DNA of 63,507 bases, filler included, from Reclinomonas americana ATCC 50394 (Eukaryota), in assembly GCA_048213135.1 (NCBI GenBank). It is 19 parts of 19 records of this genome, joined end to end, with 100 filler letters (N's around TTAATTAATTAA, not from the genome) between each part and the next. Parts side by side here need not be neighbours in the genome. Positions count along the whole stretch, not along the records: positions 23,542 to 24,781 come from AFZH01022443.1; positions 24,882 to 26,532 come from AFZH01022444.1; positions 26,633 to 27,906 come from AFZH01022446.1; positions 28,007 to 32,318 come from AFZH01022447.1; positions 32,419 to 35,048 come from AFZH01022448.1; positions 35,149 to 37,145 come from AFZH01022449.1; 13 more parts are not named here. The stretch is one strand, 5' to 3'. Positions within the stretch are counted from its first letter, which is position 1; the number at the start of each line of letters is the position of its first letter. This document shows positions 23,442-36,759 of this stretch, one piece after another. The notes below the pieces were generated by a model, which was not told the origin of the DNA, did no database searches, and was given only the letters and a program-made list of their open reading frames with translations. The position numbers and the translations under genes were made by a program.

Positions 23442-26241
23442 NNNNNNNNNNNNNNNNNNNNNNNNNNNNNNNNNNNNNNNNNNNNTTAATTAATTAANNN
23501 NNNNNNNNNNNNNNNNNNNNNNNNNNNNNNNNNNNNNNNNNAGCATCCCTTGGCTTGCCTCTTATCAAACGCGTATTGGTTACAGGTGCTGATCGGTGTG
23601 TTTGTCTGGTGAGACAGAGCAGATTTCTCTCTCCTTCCTCCATTCTTCGCTCACAGTGTACCGACATGCAGACAATTAGGGGCAGGTCCCCCTCGTTGTT
23701 CCGTAATGATTGCAGGCGTGCTGTGCATCGCCCGCTACCGGCTGTCACCTCACTCACTCGGCTCCCCACTCGCATCCCACCATGCACTCAGCAGTTGTGT
23801 GGCCATGTTCTTCGTGATCTCTCTCTCTTCCTTCTCTCCACTCACTTCATTCATGCAGGCCGTGCAAGTCATGGAGAGCGTGGCTGGGTGGATGTACGCA
23901 TGCGTGTCGTGATGTGCGATGGATGGCCTGGTCGGTGGATCGTTTTCAATCCCGGCTGGCAAGTCGGAGCGGATCAATGATGTGCGCACCTTGGCTGCCG
24001 CCGTCTCTGTCGAGTGATGATGCTGGTGGTCATGGAAGACTGCAGACGCGTGCTCGGCAATCTACTCATGGGTGGACACATGCGTGTCGTGTTTCCCGAT
24101 GGGATCGTTTTCAATACCGACTGGCAAGCCGGAGCGGATCGATGATGTGCGCTTCTTGGTTGCTGCTGTCGCCGCCAATAATGATGGTGATGGCCATGGG
24201 AGACTGCAGACGCGCGCGCGGCCTGGTGCGTACGCGTTCTGCATCTGCACTGAGGAGCAAGTTGGTGAGACTTGGAGATTGACTAACTCAATTCTGTGCG
24301 ACAGGCGTGCTGGCAAGTGACTCGTCACTGGCATGCGAAGACACGTGGTTCCGTGCCTCACAGTGCATGCATGAGACAATGCACCGACCGACTGTGAGTG
24401 TGATTGAAGGCGCGAAGCACTGATTGTGACTTGGGTGAGAGGAGGCGAGTCTCACGACAGCGCTGCCTCTTCCATCGCTGTGCTGCTGTGCTGGTCGTTC
24501 CTCTCTTGTTCCTTGTGACTCTCCCTCTTCGTCGTACCATCATGACGTGCACCTCGTCAGCTTCGCTGTGGGCCGATCCAAGGAGGCTTGAGGTTTCGAA
24601 GACCCATGGATTCTCGGGTGTGCCGTGGCATCAGCACACCAGGGCCACAACTGCGTATACAAGCAGTCCGACATGCCAGTTCTCGTTGAGAAATGATGCA
24701 GGTCAGTCGAAAGAGAGTGTCGCTGGACAGCAGCGCGATGCAGTGGAGCGCCACCTCGAGCCACCACCGCCTGCATGTCCANNNNNNNNNNNNNNNNNNN
24801 NNNNNNNNNNNNNNNNNNNNNNNNNTTAATTAATTAANNNNNNNNNNNNNNNNNNNNNNNNNNNNNNNNNNNNNNNNNNNNCGTGCCTGCATGCTGACTC
24901 TCCTCTCTCTCTCTCCCTTGCCAGGATGGTAGTGTGTACAGAAGCATCCCTTGGCTTGCATCTTGACGAAACGCGTGTTGATCAGGTGCTGCTCGGTGGT
25001 GGGGAGCCGAGTGAGTGGGTGTAAGCCGGCCATGGGCAATGCACAGAACACCGTTCATTGTCACGGCCAACGGCAAGCACATATTTCCATGGTGTCTGCA
25101 TGTCGGTGCAATGTGAGCAAAGAATGGAGGGTGGAGAGACATCTGCTCTGTCTCACTGACGGACTCTCGCATCCCACCATGCACAAAGCAGGTGTGTGAC
25201 CTTGTTCGTCTTAATCGCTCTTTCCTTCTTCCCTCCACTCACCTCATTCGTGCAGGCCGTGCAGGCCATGGAGAGCGTGGCGTGAGTGGGTGTACACATG
25301 CATTTCGTGATGTGTGACCTGGTGGCCTGCTCGGTGGATCGTTTCAATCCCGCCTGGCAGGTCGGAACGGATAGATGATGTGCGCGCCTTGGCTGTTGCT
25401 GTTTCTGCCGAGTGACAATGGTGGTGGCCATGGGTGACTTTAGACGCGTGCAAGGCCAGCAACACATGGTGCGTGCGTGTTCTGCATCTGCGTTGAGGAA
25501 GTCGGTGAGACTTGGAGACAGACTAACTCAATTCTGTGTGTGCCATGAACACAGGCGTGCTGGCAAGTGACTGGCATGCGAAGACACGTGGTTCTGTGCC
25601 ACACAGTGCGTGCATGAGACGATGCACCGACCGACTGTGAGTGTGATTGAAGGCGCGAGGTATTGATTGTGACTTGGGTGAGAGGAGGCGAGCTTCACGA
25701 CGCTCCATCGCTGTGCACGTGCTACTGTACTGGTCGCTGCTCTCCTGTTCCCTGTGACTCTCCATCTTCGTCGTACCATCATGACGTGCACCTCGTCAGC
25801 TTCGCTGTGGGCCGAGCCACGGAGGTGTGCGGTTTCGATGACTCGGTGCGTTATCGATTCTCGAGTTTGCTGTGGCTTCAGCACAGCTGGACCACAGCTG
25901 CATATCCAAGCAGCCCAACATTCCAATCCTCGTTGGCAGAGAATGCAGGTCAGTCAAAAGAGAGTGTCGCTGGTCAGCAGCACGGTGCAGTGGAGCTTCA
26001 CCTCGTGTCACCACCGCCTTGCATGTCCATTCTGCCGATTTCTCATCGACGAGTCACATGTCGGTCTTTGAAAGCCCGCACGCATGAACGAAGCCACGTC
26101 GCTCTCACGACCGTCTGTTGTGCGGGGTGCTGGTTGCAGCCTGGCGAGGGATGGACGACGTCTCTGAGCAAGGCGGGAGAAGAAAGGCGGGAAAGGGTGA
26201 CAATCCCGAGCGAGCAAGTCACACACATACACGGTCGGGGA

Positions 26242-26532
26242 ATGGCAACAAAGGTGTGAATGTGTGCGCTTTTTGCGTGGTTGGTGTCTGTGCGCAGGCG
26301 TGCTTTTGTGTGCGGTTGTTGTTTGTTGATGTGCGTTTCTTCGAATGTTGCACGTGCGTCTCACCATAAGCGTTGGGCACAGATCATTCAAAGTCTCGCG
26401 ACTGTGGTGCGATCCGTCGCCGTCACTCCCGATAGCAAGCACATTGTTGGTGGGTGCATGGACACGACCATTCGAGTGTGGTCTCTGGCGAGTGGAGAAG
26501 AGGTGCGACGGCCTGAGATAGACTTTGGCCCC
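26242..26532 (+). CDS. WD40 array gene, type A (5' part; rest in gap)
   Basis: MATK exon 26242-26253; exon 2 from 26383 reading IIQSLATVVRSVAVTPDSKHIVGG. Confidence 0.8.
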
Positions 26533-27813
26533 NNNNNNNNNNNNNNNNNNNNNNNNNNNNNNNNNNNNNNNNNNNNTTAATTAATTAANNNNNNNNNNNN
26601 NNNNNNNNNNNNNNNNNNNNNNNNNNNNNNNNGATCCCGGCTGGCGAGTCGGAGCGGATCGATGATGTGCGCACCTTGGCTGCCGCCGTCTCCGCCGAGT
26701 GATGATGCTGGTGGCCATGGAAGACTGCAGACGCGTGCTCGGCAATCTACTCATGGGTCGACACATGCGTGTCGTGTTTCCCGATGGGTGGCCTGGTCGG
26801 TGGATCGTTTTCAATACCGACTGGCAAGTCGGAGCGGATCGATGATGTGCGCTTCTTGGTTGCTGCCAGGTAATGATACTGGTGGCCATGGGAGACTGCA
26901 GACGCCTGGTGCGTACGTGTTCTGCATCTGCGTTGAGGAGTAAGTTGGTGAGACTTGGAGATTGACTGACTCAATTCTGTGTGACAGGCGTGCTGGCAAG
27001 TGATTGGCCACTGACATGCATGCGACATGGCCGCATGTTGTTCCGTGCTTCACAGTGCATGTGTGAGACGATTCACCGGCCGACTGTGAGTGTGATTGAA
27101 GTCACGAGGCATTGATTGTGAATTGAGTGAAGGGGAGACGAGTCTCACGACACGGCTGCCTGTTCCATCGTTTGTGCTGCTGTGCTGGTCTCTCCTCTCC
27201 TGTTCCGTGTGGCTCTCGTTCTTTCTTGTACCATCATCAACCTCGCTGTGGACCGATCCAATGAGGTGTGCGGTTTCGATGACTCGGTTCTCATTGGATT
27301 CTTGTGACAACATGAACAACAGGGCCACAGCTGCACATCCAAGCAGCTCGACAATCCAGTCCTCGTTGGCAGAGAATGCAGGCCAGTCGAAATGAAGTGT
27401 TCCTGGACTGCAGCGCGATGCAGTGGAGCGCGACCTGGTGTCACCACCGCTTGCATGTCCATTCTGCCCATATCGACGAGTCTCATGTCGGTCTTCAAAA
27501 GCCCACACGCATCATCGGAGCCACATTGCTCACACACAACCGCATGCTGTGTGGGATGCTGGTTGCAGCCTGTCGAGGGATGGACGACGTCTCAGAGCAA
27601 GGCGGGAGAAGAAAGGCGGGAGAATCGGTGACAATCCCGAGCGAGCAAATCACACGCACACACGCACACGCGCACCCACGTGAGAACAGACTCTTCGTGA
27701 CCACCACCGCAGTCGAGTACCGACCAGGTGGCTGGTTCTCCGACGAGCGCAAGTCAACAGAAGCGAACCTATCAAGAGAGGGCACAAGTGACATTTATCC
27801 TTCCCCTTCTCCA

Positions 27814-28505
27814 ATGGCGACCAAGGTGCGCTCCCACATGCGTGAGGGATTCGTGTGTTTGGCTGTTGCTCTCTCTTTGTGTTCATCTCACCATGACTGG
27901 TCAACANNNNNNNNNNNNNNNNNNNNNNNNNNNNNNNNNNNNNNNNNNNNTTAATTAATTAANNNNNNNNNNNNNNNNNNNNNNNNNNNNNNNNNNNNNN
28001 NNNNNNTGACGGTCAGCACGTTGTGAGCGGGGGCGATGACCATACAGTACGAATGTGGTCGCTGGCGAGTGGCAAAGAATTGCGGCAGTTGCAGGGGCAC
28101 ACTGACACGGTGTGGTCTCTCGCCGTCACTCCCGATGGTCAACACGTTGTGAGCGGGAGTGACGACAGGACGATCCGTGTGTGGTCGCTGGCAAGTGGAC
28201 AAGAAGTCAGACGCTTCGAGGGACACACTGGGTTTGTGTCGTCTGTGGCCGTGTCTCCCGATGGCCAGCACATTGTATGCGGGTGCGGAGACGAGACGAT
28301 CCGAGTGTGGTCCACGCCGCGCGGGCTGGCGCGGCAAGAGCTTGCCGACGCACGACTGGCCGTACGCGTGCTGGCTGTCAACGAGCTGCTTGCCGAAGGA
28401 GGTGACCGCGATTGGATCCTGGTCGATGTTGTGCTGCGGTGCTTTGTGCTGGAAGATGCAGCGGTGATTGAACGCCGTGCGTCGGGGTGGTGCTGGACGG
28501 ATTGA
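27814..28505 (+). CDS. WD40 array gene, type B (middle lost in gap)
   Basis: MATK|GT at 27814-27827. After the gap, WD40 repeats and the type B tail STPRGLARQELADARLAV...DWILVDVVLRCFVLEDAAVIERRASGW. Confidence 0.8.
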
Positions 28506-29342
28506 GCTCAATGAATACTCGATTGCCGTCACTGTGTGCACTCTCTCCTGTTGACCGCCACACCGCCTCACACGTGCTTCTCCACTGCCTCGCTAAGTGG
28601 AGGAAGCCGGAAAGCAGACACAGCTCTGTGCAGTGGGATTGCAACAAGAGTATTCCGAGTGAGAGGTGTGCGTGTGGGTGGATGAGGTGAGGCCATGGAA
28701 TGAACAGACACGCGCTGCTCCGCATTGAGCGAGTCCTCCCTCACCAAGCCACCACACACGTCTTGTGCCTGTCATTCTAATGGAGCGGATGCCAGCCTGT
28801 CGCCTATCGAAGCAGCGGCCAGTGGCATCATTGACGCGTCTCCCCATCGCACACTGGCACCGCATGAACATGGAGAGCTCACCAAGCATCGATTCAGAGG
28901 GCCACCATTCCCTCCGCGCACGCCACGAGGAGGGAGCGCACTTGCCATGCACTGCATGTGTATCCGGTGTGACGCACCCCACTCACGAGTTGAATTGCCT
29001 CGTGACTCTCTTTCAGAATCGTGTGCTCTTGCTCTCCACCCGACACACGTGCGTGGCTCAGAGGGAGTTGATGCTCATGTCGCGTCGTGTTGGAACAGGC
29101 TCGGCATGCATGAACATTCAATGCCACAACATCTCACTCACATCGCTGAATGGAGCACCACGCCGAGGACGCGGAGAGAGAGGAGGCACTGAGACACAGA
29201 CAGCACCGCGAGGTGCACGCACGCGCGCGAGAGAGAAAGAGGATGTTGATGTTCCGTCGGATGAATCACATAACACACGCACACGCACACGCGCACGACA
29301 CACACACCCTCTTTCTCTCTTACGCACACATACACACGGGGA

Positions 29343-30537
29343 ATGACAACAAAGGTGTGAATCTGTGCGCACTTTGCCTGGTTGGTGTCTGTGTGTGCAT
29401 TCGCAGCGTGTGCTTGTACTCGTGCGTGTGTGCGGTTGTTGTTTGTGTGCTTGTGCGCCTCATCGCGGGTGGTCGGCACAGATCATTCATAGTCTCGCTT
29501 CTGTGGCGCGGTCCGTCACCTGTACTCCCGATGGCAAGCACATTGTCGGTGGGTGTACGGACAAGACCATTCGAGTGTGGTCACTGGCGAGTGGCAAGGA
29601 GGTGCGACGACTGGAGGCATACACTTACATGGTGTTCTGTGTCGCCGTCACTCCTGATGGTCAGCACGTTGTGAGTGGGGATGGAGAGAACACCGTGCGT
29701 GTGTGGTCGCTGGTGAGTGGTGACGAAGAGCGACCGCTGGAGGGCCACACCAATGCGGTGCTTTCTATCGCATTCACTCCCGATGGACAGCACGTCGTCA
29801 GCGGCGGTTTCGACAAGACAGTGCGAGTGTGGTTGCTGGCGAGTGGAGAGGAGGTGCGACGGCTGGAGGGACACACCGACATGGTGTGGGCAGTCGCCGT
29901 CACTCCTGATGGTCAACACATTGTCAGTGGCGGTGGAGACAATTCAGTGCGGTTGTGGTTGCTGGCGAGCGGGGTGGAGGTGCGACGGTTGGAGGGACAC
30001 GCTGGATGGGTATACGCTGTCGCCGTCACTCCTGATGGACAGCGCATCGTGAGTGGGAGCGGGGACTGCACCGTGCGGGTGTGGTCAGTTACGAGCGGGG
30101 AGGAGGTGAGACGGTTGGAGGGACACACTGCATTTGTACAATCGATCGCCGTCTCTCCCGACGGTCAGCATATTGTGAGTGGGAGTGGGGACTGCACCAT
30201 TCGGGTGTGGTCTCTGGCAAGTGGAGAGGAAGTGCGACGGTTGGAGGGACATGACGGATGGGTTTCGTCCGTGGCCGTCTCTCCCGATGGTCAGCACATT
30301 GTGAGTGCGGATGGCAAGGACAAGACCGTGCGAGTGTGGTCCACGCCGCGTGGCCTTGCTCGCCTTGAACTCGACGCCGCGCGGTCGGCCATGCAGGCCG
30401 TGCAGGAGATGCAGGCCATGCAAGCTGTGCAGGAGATGCAGGAGGACGAGGAGGAAGTAGACTCACGATGTCTTCCCGAGCTGGTTCTGCGCTGTTTCAT
30501 CGTCGAGGATGCCGAGGTCGTCTTTTTCCAGTGCTGA
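29343..30537 (+). CDS. WD40 array gene, type A, complete: 7 WD40 repeats and tail
   Basis: MTTK exon 29343-29354, exon 2 29482-30537. Seven repeats; the tail has an internal duplication (MQAVQEMQA-MQAVQEMQ). Confidence 0.9.
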
Positions 30538-32737
30538 GTTGGTAAGTCGAAGGGAGGGAAGGTGGCTGGCTATTCATGATTGTGAGTTGTTTTCCGTGTC
30601 TTGCGAGGGAGAGTGGGTGATCATGCGGGATGCAGGTGGGGGAAGAGAGGATGACAGAGGAAGGCAGAGATTGTTTTTTACGAGGAGCTCCCCCGTCGGT
30701 TTTTTCCTGTCACGTGAATGTGAGTGAGAGGTCGTGAAGCATGTCTCTCTGTGTGTGTGTGCTTGTTTCCTTCTCACCTCCGTTTGTGTGTGCCAGCGCG
30801 ATGAATAACTTGTTAGTCTGTTGTGTCTTTTTCGTCTCTTTGTGATGTCTTTTGTGCGTGCATCTTTCGTCGCCCCAGTTGAGCGAGTTACGATGATTGT
30901 TTCCTCGCTTATTGCTTCACGTATACGTATCCTTGTCGCACCGCCCTGCTTCCCATTGTGCCTGTGTGCCGCGGACATTCTCTTTCCGGCTCTGCAGGAT
31001 GCCTGTCCCTTGTAGAGTCTCTCTCTCTCTCTCTTTCTCCGCCGTCTCCCTCCTTTGTGCGCTCATCTGCTTCTCCTGTCATCCAACTCTCCTTCCCGCA
31101 CAAGCTCGAGACTGAGCATGCTGGTCCGCTCACCGTGTTCCGATTTCCATCCTGCCAGTCCATCATGGTGAGCATCCCGACACCGAAGTGTGTGAGGTGG
31201 CGTGCCTGCATCCTGACTCTGCTCTCTCTCTCTCTCTCTCTCTCTCTTTGCTGGACGTCTGGATGCAGAAACGTTCCTCGCTTGCCTCTTGACCAACCGT
31301 GTGTTGGTATCAGATGCTGATCGGTGTGTTTGTCAGTGAGACAGAGCACATGTCTCTCTCCAACCTCCATTCCTTTGCTCACTGCGCACCGACATGCAGA
31401 CACCTTGGAAGCACGTGTTCTTCGTCGTTGTTTCGTGACGATGAACGGCTGCCGCTGTGCATCGCGCATTGCCGGCTCACCTCCCGCATTCCTCCGTACA
31501 CTCAGCAGGTGTGTGGACTTGTTCGGCGTGATCTCTCTTTCCTCCTTCCCTCTCACTCACCTCATTCATGCAGGCCGTGCACGCCATGAGGCGCGTGGCT
31601 GGGTGGGTGTTCTTTTGCATATGCATGCCGTGATGTGCGACATGGTGGCCTGGTCGGTGGATCGTTTTTGACTCCCGGCCGGCAAGTCGGAACGGATTGA
31701 TGGTGTGCGCTCCTTGGTTGCTGCTGTCACTACCGAGTGACAATGATGGCGGCCGTTGGAGACTGCAGCCTCGTGCTGGGCCAGCAACACATGGTGCGTG
31801 CGTCTTCTGCGTCTGCGTTGACGAGCAAGTTGGTGAGACTTGGAGATTGACTGACTCAGTTATGTGTGTTATCTGAACGCAGTCGTGCTGGCAAGTGATT
31901 GGCCACTGGCATGACGTCGATGGCACGTGGTTCCGTGCTTCATAGTGCATGCATGAGACGATACACCGACCGAATGTGAGTGTGATTGAAGGCGCGAGGC
32001 ATTGATTGTGAGTTGGGTAAGAGCGAGCCTCGCGACGCAGCTGCCTCTCTCGCCGCTGTGCTGTTGTGCTGGTCGCTTCTCTCCTGTCTCTCGTGGCTCT
32101 CTTTCTTCGTCGTACCATCATCAACCTTGCTGTGGGTCGATCCAAGGAGGTGACTCGGTGCTCATTGGATTCTCTGATGTGCTCTGCGGTAGCATCAGCA
32201 CAACTTGGCCATAGCTGCGTATCCATGCTGCCCGACATTCCAGTCCTCGTTGGCAAAGAATGCAGGCCAGTCGAAAGGGAGTGTCGCTGGGCATGCACGA
32301 CGCAGTGGAGCGCAATCCNNNNNNNNNNNNNNNNNNNNNNNNNNNNNNNNNNNNNNNNNNNNTTAATTAATTAANNNNNNNNNNNNNNNNNNNNNNNNNN
32401 NNNNNNNNNNNNNNNNNNTTGAATTGTCGACTTCGCATAGACGAGTCCCTTTTCGGTTTTCAAAAGCCCACACGCGCCATCGAAGCCACGTCGCTCACAC
32501 TACCGCATGCTATGTGGGATGCTGGTTGCAGCCTGGCGAGGGATGAACGACGTCTCGGAGCAAGGCGGCATGAGAAAGGCGGGAAACGGTGACAATCAGG
32601 AGCGAGCAATCACACACGCACGAGAATAGGCTCTCCGTGATCGCCACAGGAGAGTACCGACTAGGTAGCTTGCTCTTCGAAGAGAGAAAGTCAACAGAAG
32701 CGAACGCATCAAGAGAGTTATCCCTCCGCATTTTCCA

Positions 32738-34112
32738 ATGACAACCAAGGTTCGCTCACACACACACGTGTGTGAGGGAGTCGTGTGTTTGGCTGTTGCT
32801 CCTTCTCTCTCTCTTTGTGTGTCTCACTGTGACTTGGCGACACAGGTCTTACTGGGTCACGCACAGGCGGTGCGATGTGTAACTACGCATTCCACCGCCG
32901 ATGATCTGTTTGTCGTGAGCGGCGGCTCTGACGGATCTGTGATAATGTGGTCACTAATGAGTGGCGAAGAAGTGCGACGACTGGAGGGACACACTGCGTG
33001 GGTGACCTCCGTCGCTGTCACCCCCGACGGTGAGTTCATCGTGAGTGGCAGTGCAGACAGCACAGTGCAAGTGTGGTCACTGGCGAGTGGAGAGGAAGTG
33101 CGACGATTGGAGGGACACGCCAGTACGGTAACGTCTGTCGCCGTCACTCCCGATGGTCTGCACGTTGTGAGTGGCAGCTTGGACAATACCATTCGCCTGT
33201 GGTCCCTCGCGGGTGGAGAAGAAGTGCGACGGTTGGAGGGGTTAGATAGCGCGGTATTCTCTGTCGCCATCACGCCGGATGGTCAGCACATTGTATCTAG
33301 TAATGTGAAGATGCACTGCGACAGTTGGTCATGCAAATCGGAGTCTCTACTTACATTTCGCGACTTGCGCAAGACACAACTTTTGCCCCACACTCGGGTT
33401 AAGGGTCAAGGGCCCAGGAAGCCAACGGTCAAGAGCAAAGGGTCAAGGGTAGGGGCCCCCGGGTTAAGGGTCAAGGGTCAAGGAGCTGCATCCTGTCACA
33501 TTCACCGTCGTGTCAGAACTAATCAATGTGAGCTGGGACAGCACAATTCGCGTGTGGTCTGTCGCGAGCGGGGAGGAAGTGCGACGACTGGATGGACACT
33601 CTGAGAGAGTGTGGTCTGTCGCCGTCTCTCGCGATGGACACCACATCGTGAGTGGGGGTCTCGACAAGACTGTGCGTGTGTGGTCCCTCGCGAGTGGCGA
33701 AGAATTGCGGCGGTTTGAGGGGCACACTGATTCGGTGTACTCCATCGCCATTTCCCCCGATGGTCAGCACATTTTGAGTGGTGGAGTGGACTGTGCAGTT
33801 CGTGTGTGGTCGCTGGCAAGTGGACAGCAGGTGCGACGGTTTGATGGGCACATTGGCTTGGTCCTCTCTGTTGCCGTCACTCCCGACGGCCAGCACATCG
33901 TGAGTGGGAGTAACGATACCACCATCCGAGTGTGGTCCACGCCGCGCGGGCTGGCGCGGCACGAGGTTGCAGCCGCACGACTGGCCGTGCTGGCCGTCAA
34001 TGAGCTGCCTGTCGTAGGAGATGCCGACTGGATCCTCGTCGAAGTCGTGCTGCGTTGTTTTGTGCTGGAGGATGCAGAGGTGATTGAACGCCGTGCGCCT
34101 GGATGGTGCTGA
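32738..34112 (+). CDS. WD40 array gene, type B, 7 repeats, interrupted in repeat 4 by a ~0.22 kb insertion (pseudogene or new intron)
   Basis: MTTK exon 32738-32749, exon 2 from 32846. The reading frame shifts across 33300-33530 and resumes at SWDSTIRVW, continuing to the type B tail. Confidence 0.8.
33302..33530. mobile_element. Small insertion with terminal direct repeat AATGTG(A), an imperfect inverted repeat and telomere-like GGGTTAA/GGGTCAA units
   Basis: AATGTGA at 33302-33308 and 33525-33531. AATGTGAAGATGCA versus the reverse complement of TGCATCCTGTCACATT (33487-33502). CGGGTTAAGGGTCAAGGG occurs twice. Not seen in the other array copies. Confidence 0.65.
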
Positions 34113-34903
34113 GCTGAATGAATGTACGAAGACCGATTGCTGTCACTGTGTGCAACTCTGTCATGTTAACCGCCACACCGCTTTACGCGCGCACTTGCCA
34201 AGTGGAGGCAGCTGGAAAGCAGACAGAGAGGGATTGCAACAAGAGTATTCCGAGAACGAGGAGTGTGTGGGTGGGTGGTTGAGATGAGGTCTTGGGATGA
34301 GCAGACACGTGCTGCTCGGCGATGAGTGAGTCCTCGCTCTCCCACCCACACACACACGCCTTGTGCCTGTGCCTTCATGTCGCCCTGCGGCGGGAATGCC
34401 AGCCTGTCGCTGTTTGAAGCAGCGGCCAGCGGCCTCGAGCTCCCCTTCTCACATTTGTACCGTGTGACCATGGTGAGGGCGTCAAGCATCGATTCAGATG
34501 GCCACTCTTCTCGCCTCGCACGACATGGGGAGGGGAGTGCACACTCGTTTCCTGCACGTGCATGTGTGCCCAGACAACTGGCGTGACGCACCCCCTCACG
34601 AGTTGCATTGAATCGTGTCTCTTCGTCACTCGTGTGCTGTTGCCTCTCCACCCGACTCACGTGCATGGCTCGGGGGAGTTGACGCACATGGAGTGTCGAG
34701 TTGACACAGGCTCGGCATGCATGCAGACACTTTCAATGCCGCAACATCTCGCTCACATCGCTGAATGGAGCACCACAACGAGGATGCGAAGAGACAGGGG
34801 GCACTGAGAAACAGACAGCACCACGAGGCACACGCACACACGCGAGAGAGAGAGAAAGAGGATGTTGATGTTCCGTCGGATGAATCTGAGTGCTCCACAA
34901 CAC

Positions 34904-35048
<145 letters not shown>

Positions 35049-35148
35049 NNNNNNNNNNNNNNNNNNNNNNNNNNNNNNNNNNNNNNNNNNNNTTAATTAA
35101 TTAANNNNNNNNNNNNNNNNNNNNNNNNNNNNNNNNNNNNNNNNNNNN

Positions 35149-35182
<34 letters not shown>

Positions 35183-36759
35183 GGGAAAAAAGACTATTGC
35201 TAAGGATGAATTGCTCTTCTGTGTTTGTTGTTATCGGCGTCTTGCGATGAAGCGTGGGTAACCATGCAGGGTGCAAGTAGGAGCAGAGAAGGTGACAGAG
35301 GAAGGGAGAGAGAGATTGTTGATGATCAAGAATTGGTCTCCAAGCTTGTTATGTTGAGATTGTCATCATGAAGCGTGTCTCTCTGTATGCGTGTCTGTTT
35401 CACACTTGAAGTTGTGTAAAGGATAACTTGTTGTCTGTTGTGTCTTTTTTTGTCTCCTTGTGAAACCTGCTATGCCTGCGTCGAGTAGTCGTGCGTGAAC
35501 GTGCCTTCTGAGTCATCGACGTCTGTTTCGGCATGTCCTTTTTGCACACCTGCCCTGCTTCTCGTTGTGCGTGCTATCCTTCTCCTTCCGATTTTATCGT
35601 TCGCTGTGTTCTTGCACAAAAGAACTCGATTGTATGGCGATCTATGGCACTCCCTGCTGTTGTCCGTTGCGATGCTCCTCTCTTTCCCCGTCATCCTCCC
35701 TCCTTTTCACAGGCACACATCACACTTTCCACTTTCCTTCACCATTTCCCTCCTCTATACCCATCTGCAGTCATCCGCCCTCCTTTTCGCACACATTGCT
35801 CTCTCCACTTCCTCGTGCCCATCTGTGCCCATCCGCCCTCCTTCCCGCACGCATCGCACTCAACCCCTTCCTCCACCGCCTCCCTCCTTCATGTGCTCAT
35901 CTGCAGTCATCCCTCGAGCTCCTTCCCGCACGCATCGCACTCAACCCCTTCCTCCACCGCCTCCCTCCTTCATGTGCTCATCTGCAGTCATCCAGCCTCC
36001 TTCCCGCACACATCGCACTTTCTGCTTCTTCGTGCCCATGTGCAGTCACGCTCACCCTCCTTCCCGCACGCGCGTCTCACTCTCTCCTCGATGTGCCCAT
36101 CTGTAGTCATCCTCCCTCCTTCTCACACTCGTCTCACTCTCCCCTACCTTCACTATCTCCCTCCTTCATGTACCCATATGCAGTCATCTACCCTCCTTTT
36201 CGCACGCATCGCACTTTCCCCTTGCCCCTTGATGTGCCCATCCACCCCCTTCCTGCACGCATCGCACTCTCCCTCTCCTCCACCGCCTCCCCCTTGATGT
36301 TCCCATCCACCCTCCTTCCCGCGCGCCCTTCCTCCGCCGTTGCTTCCTCTGTCACTCATCCTTCCCCGTGACAGGCAGCGCCTCGGTTGTCTTGCGGCCA
36401 CGGATGCCAAGTGTGCCTGAGATGGCAATAGTGTGCCCTCTTTCGAGACCCTTGGTTGTCTCTTGTAAAGTCGCAGACACTGCTATCTTTCGGAATCATG
36501 TCGTCTCCGGTGCCAATGGGTGCCCGATGTTGCTCTACTTCAACGTCTCGATGACGCACATTGCTTACCAAGCCTCTTTGCCGCCACAATCCTGCGTTCT
36601 TTTTCACTGACCTGTACCTTCGCCACTCTCACCCTCCCTCTCTTGCCTCTCCCTTTCCCATCCTCCCTCTCCATTTCCTCCCTCCCCTCCCCCTCCCTTT
36701 CCCCTCCTCCCTCTCTCCTCCCTTCCACCTCAGCACTTCATCATTATACATTAACTCAA

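Noticed and set aside
15900..32700. Many 60-330 aa ORFs within the array spacers
   Set aside because: Frames are not preserved between homologous copies, composition is C/R/S/H-rich, and no domain motifs are recognisable.
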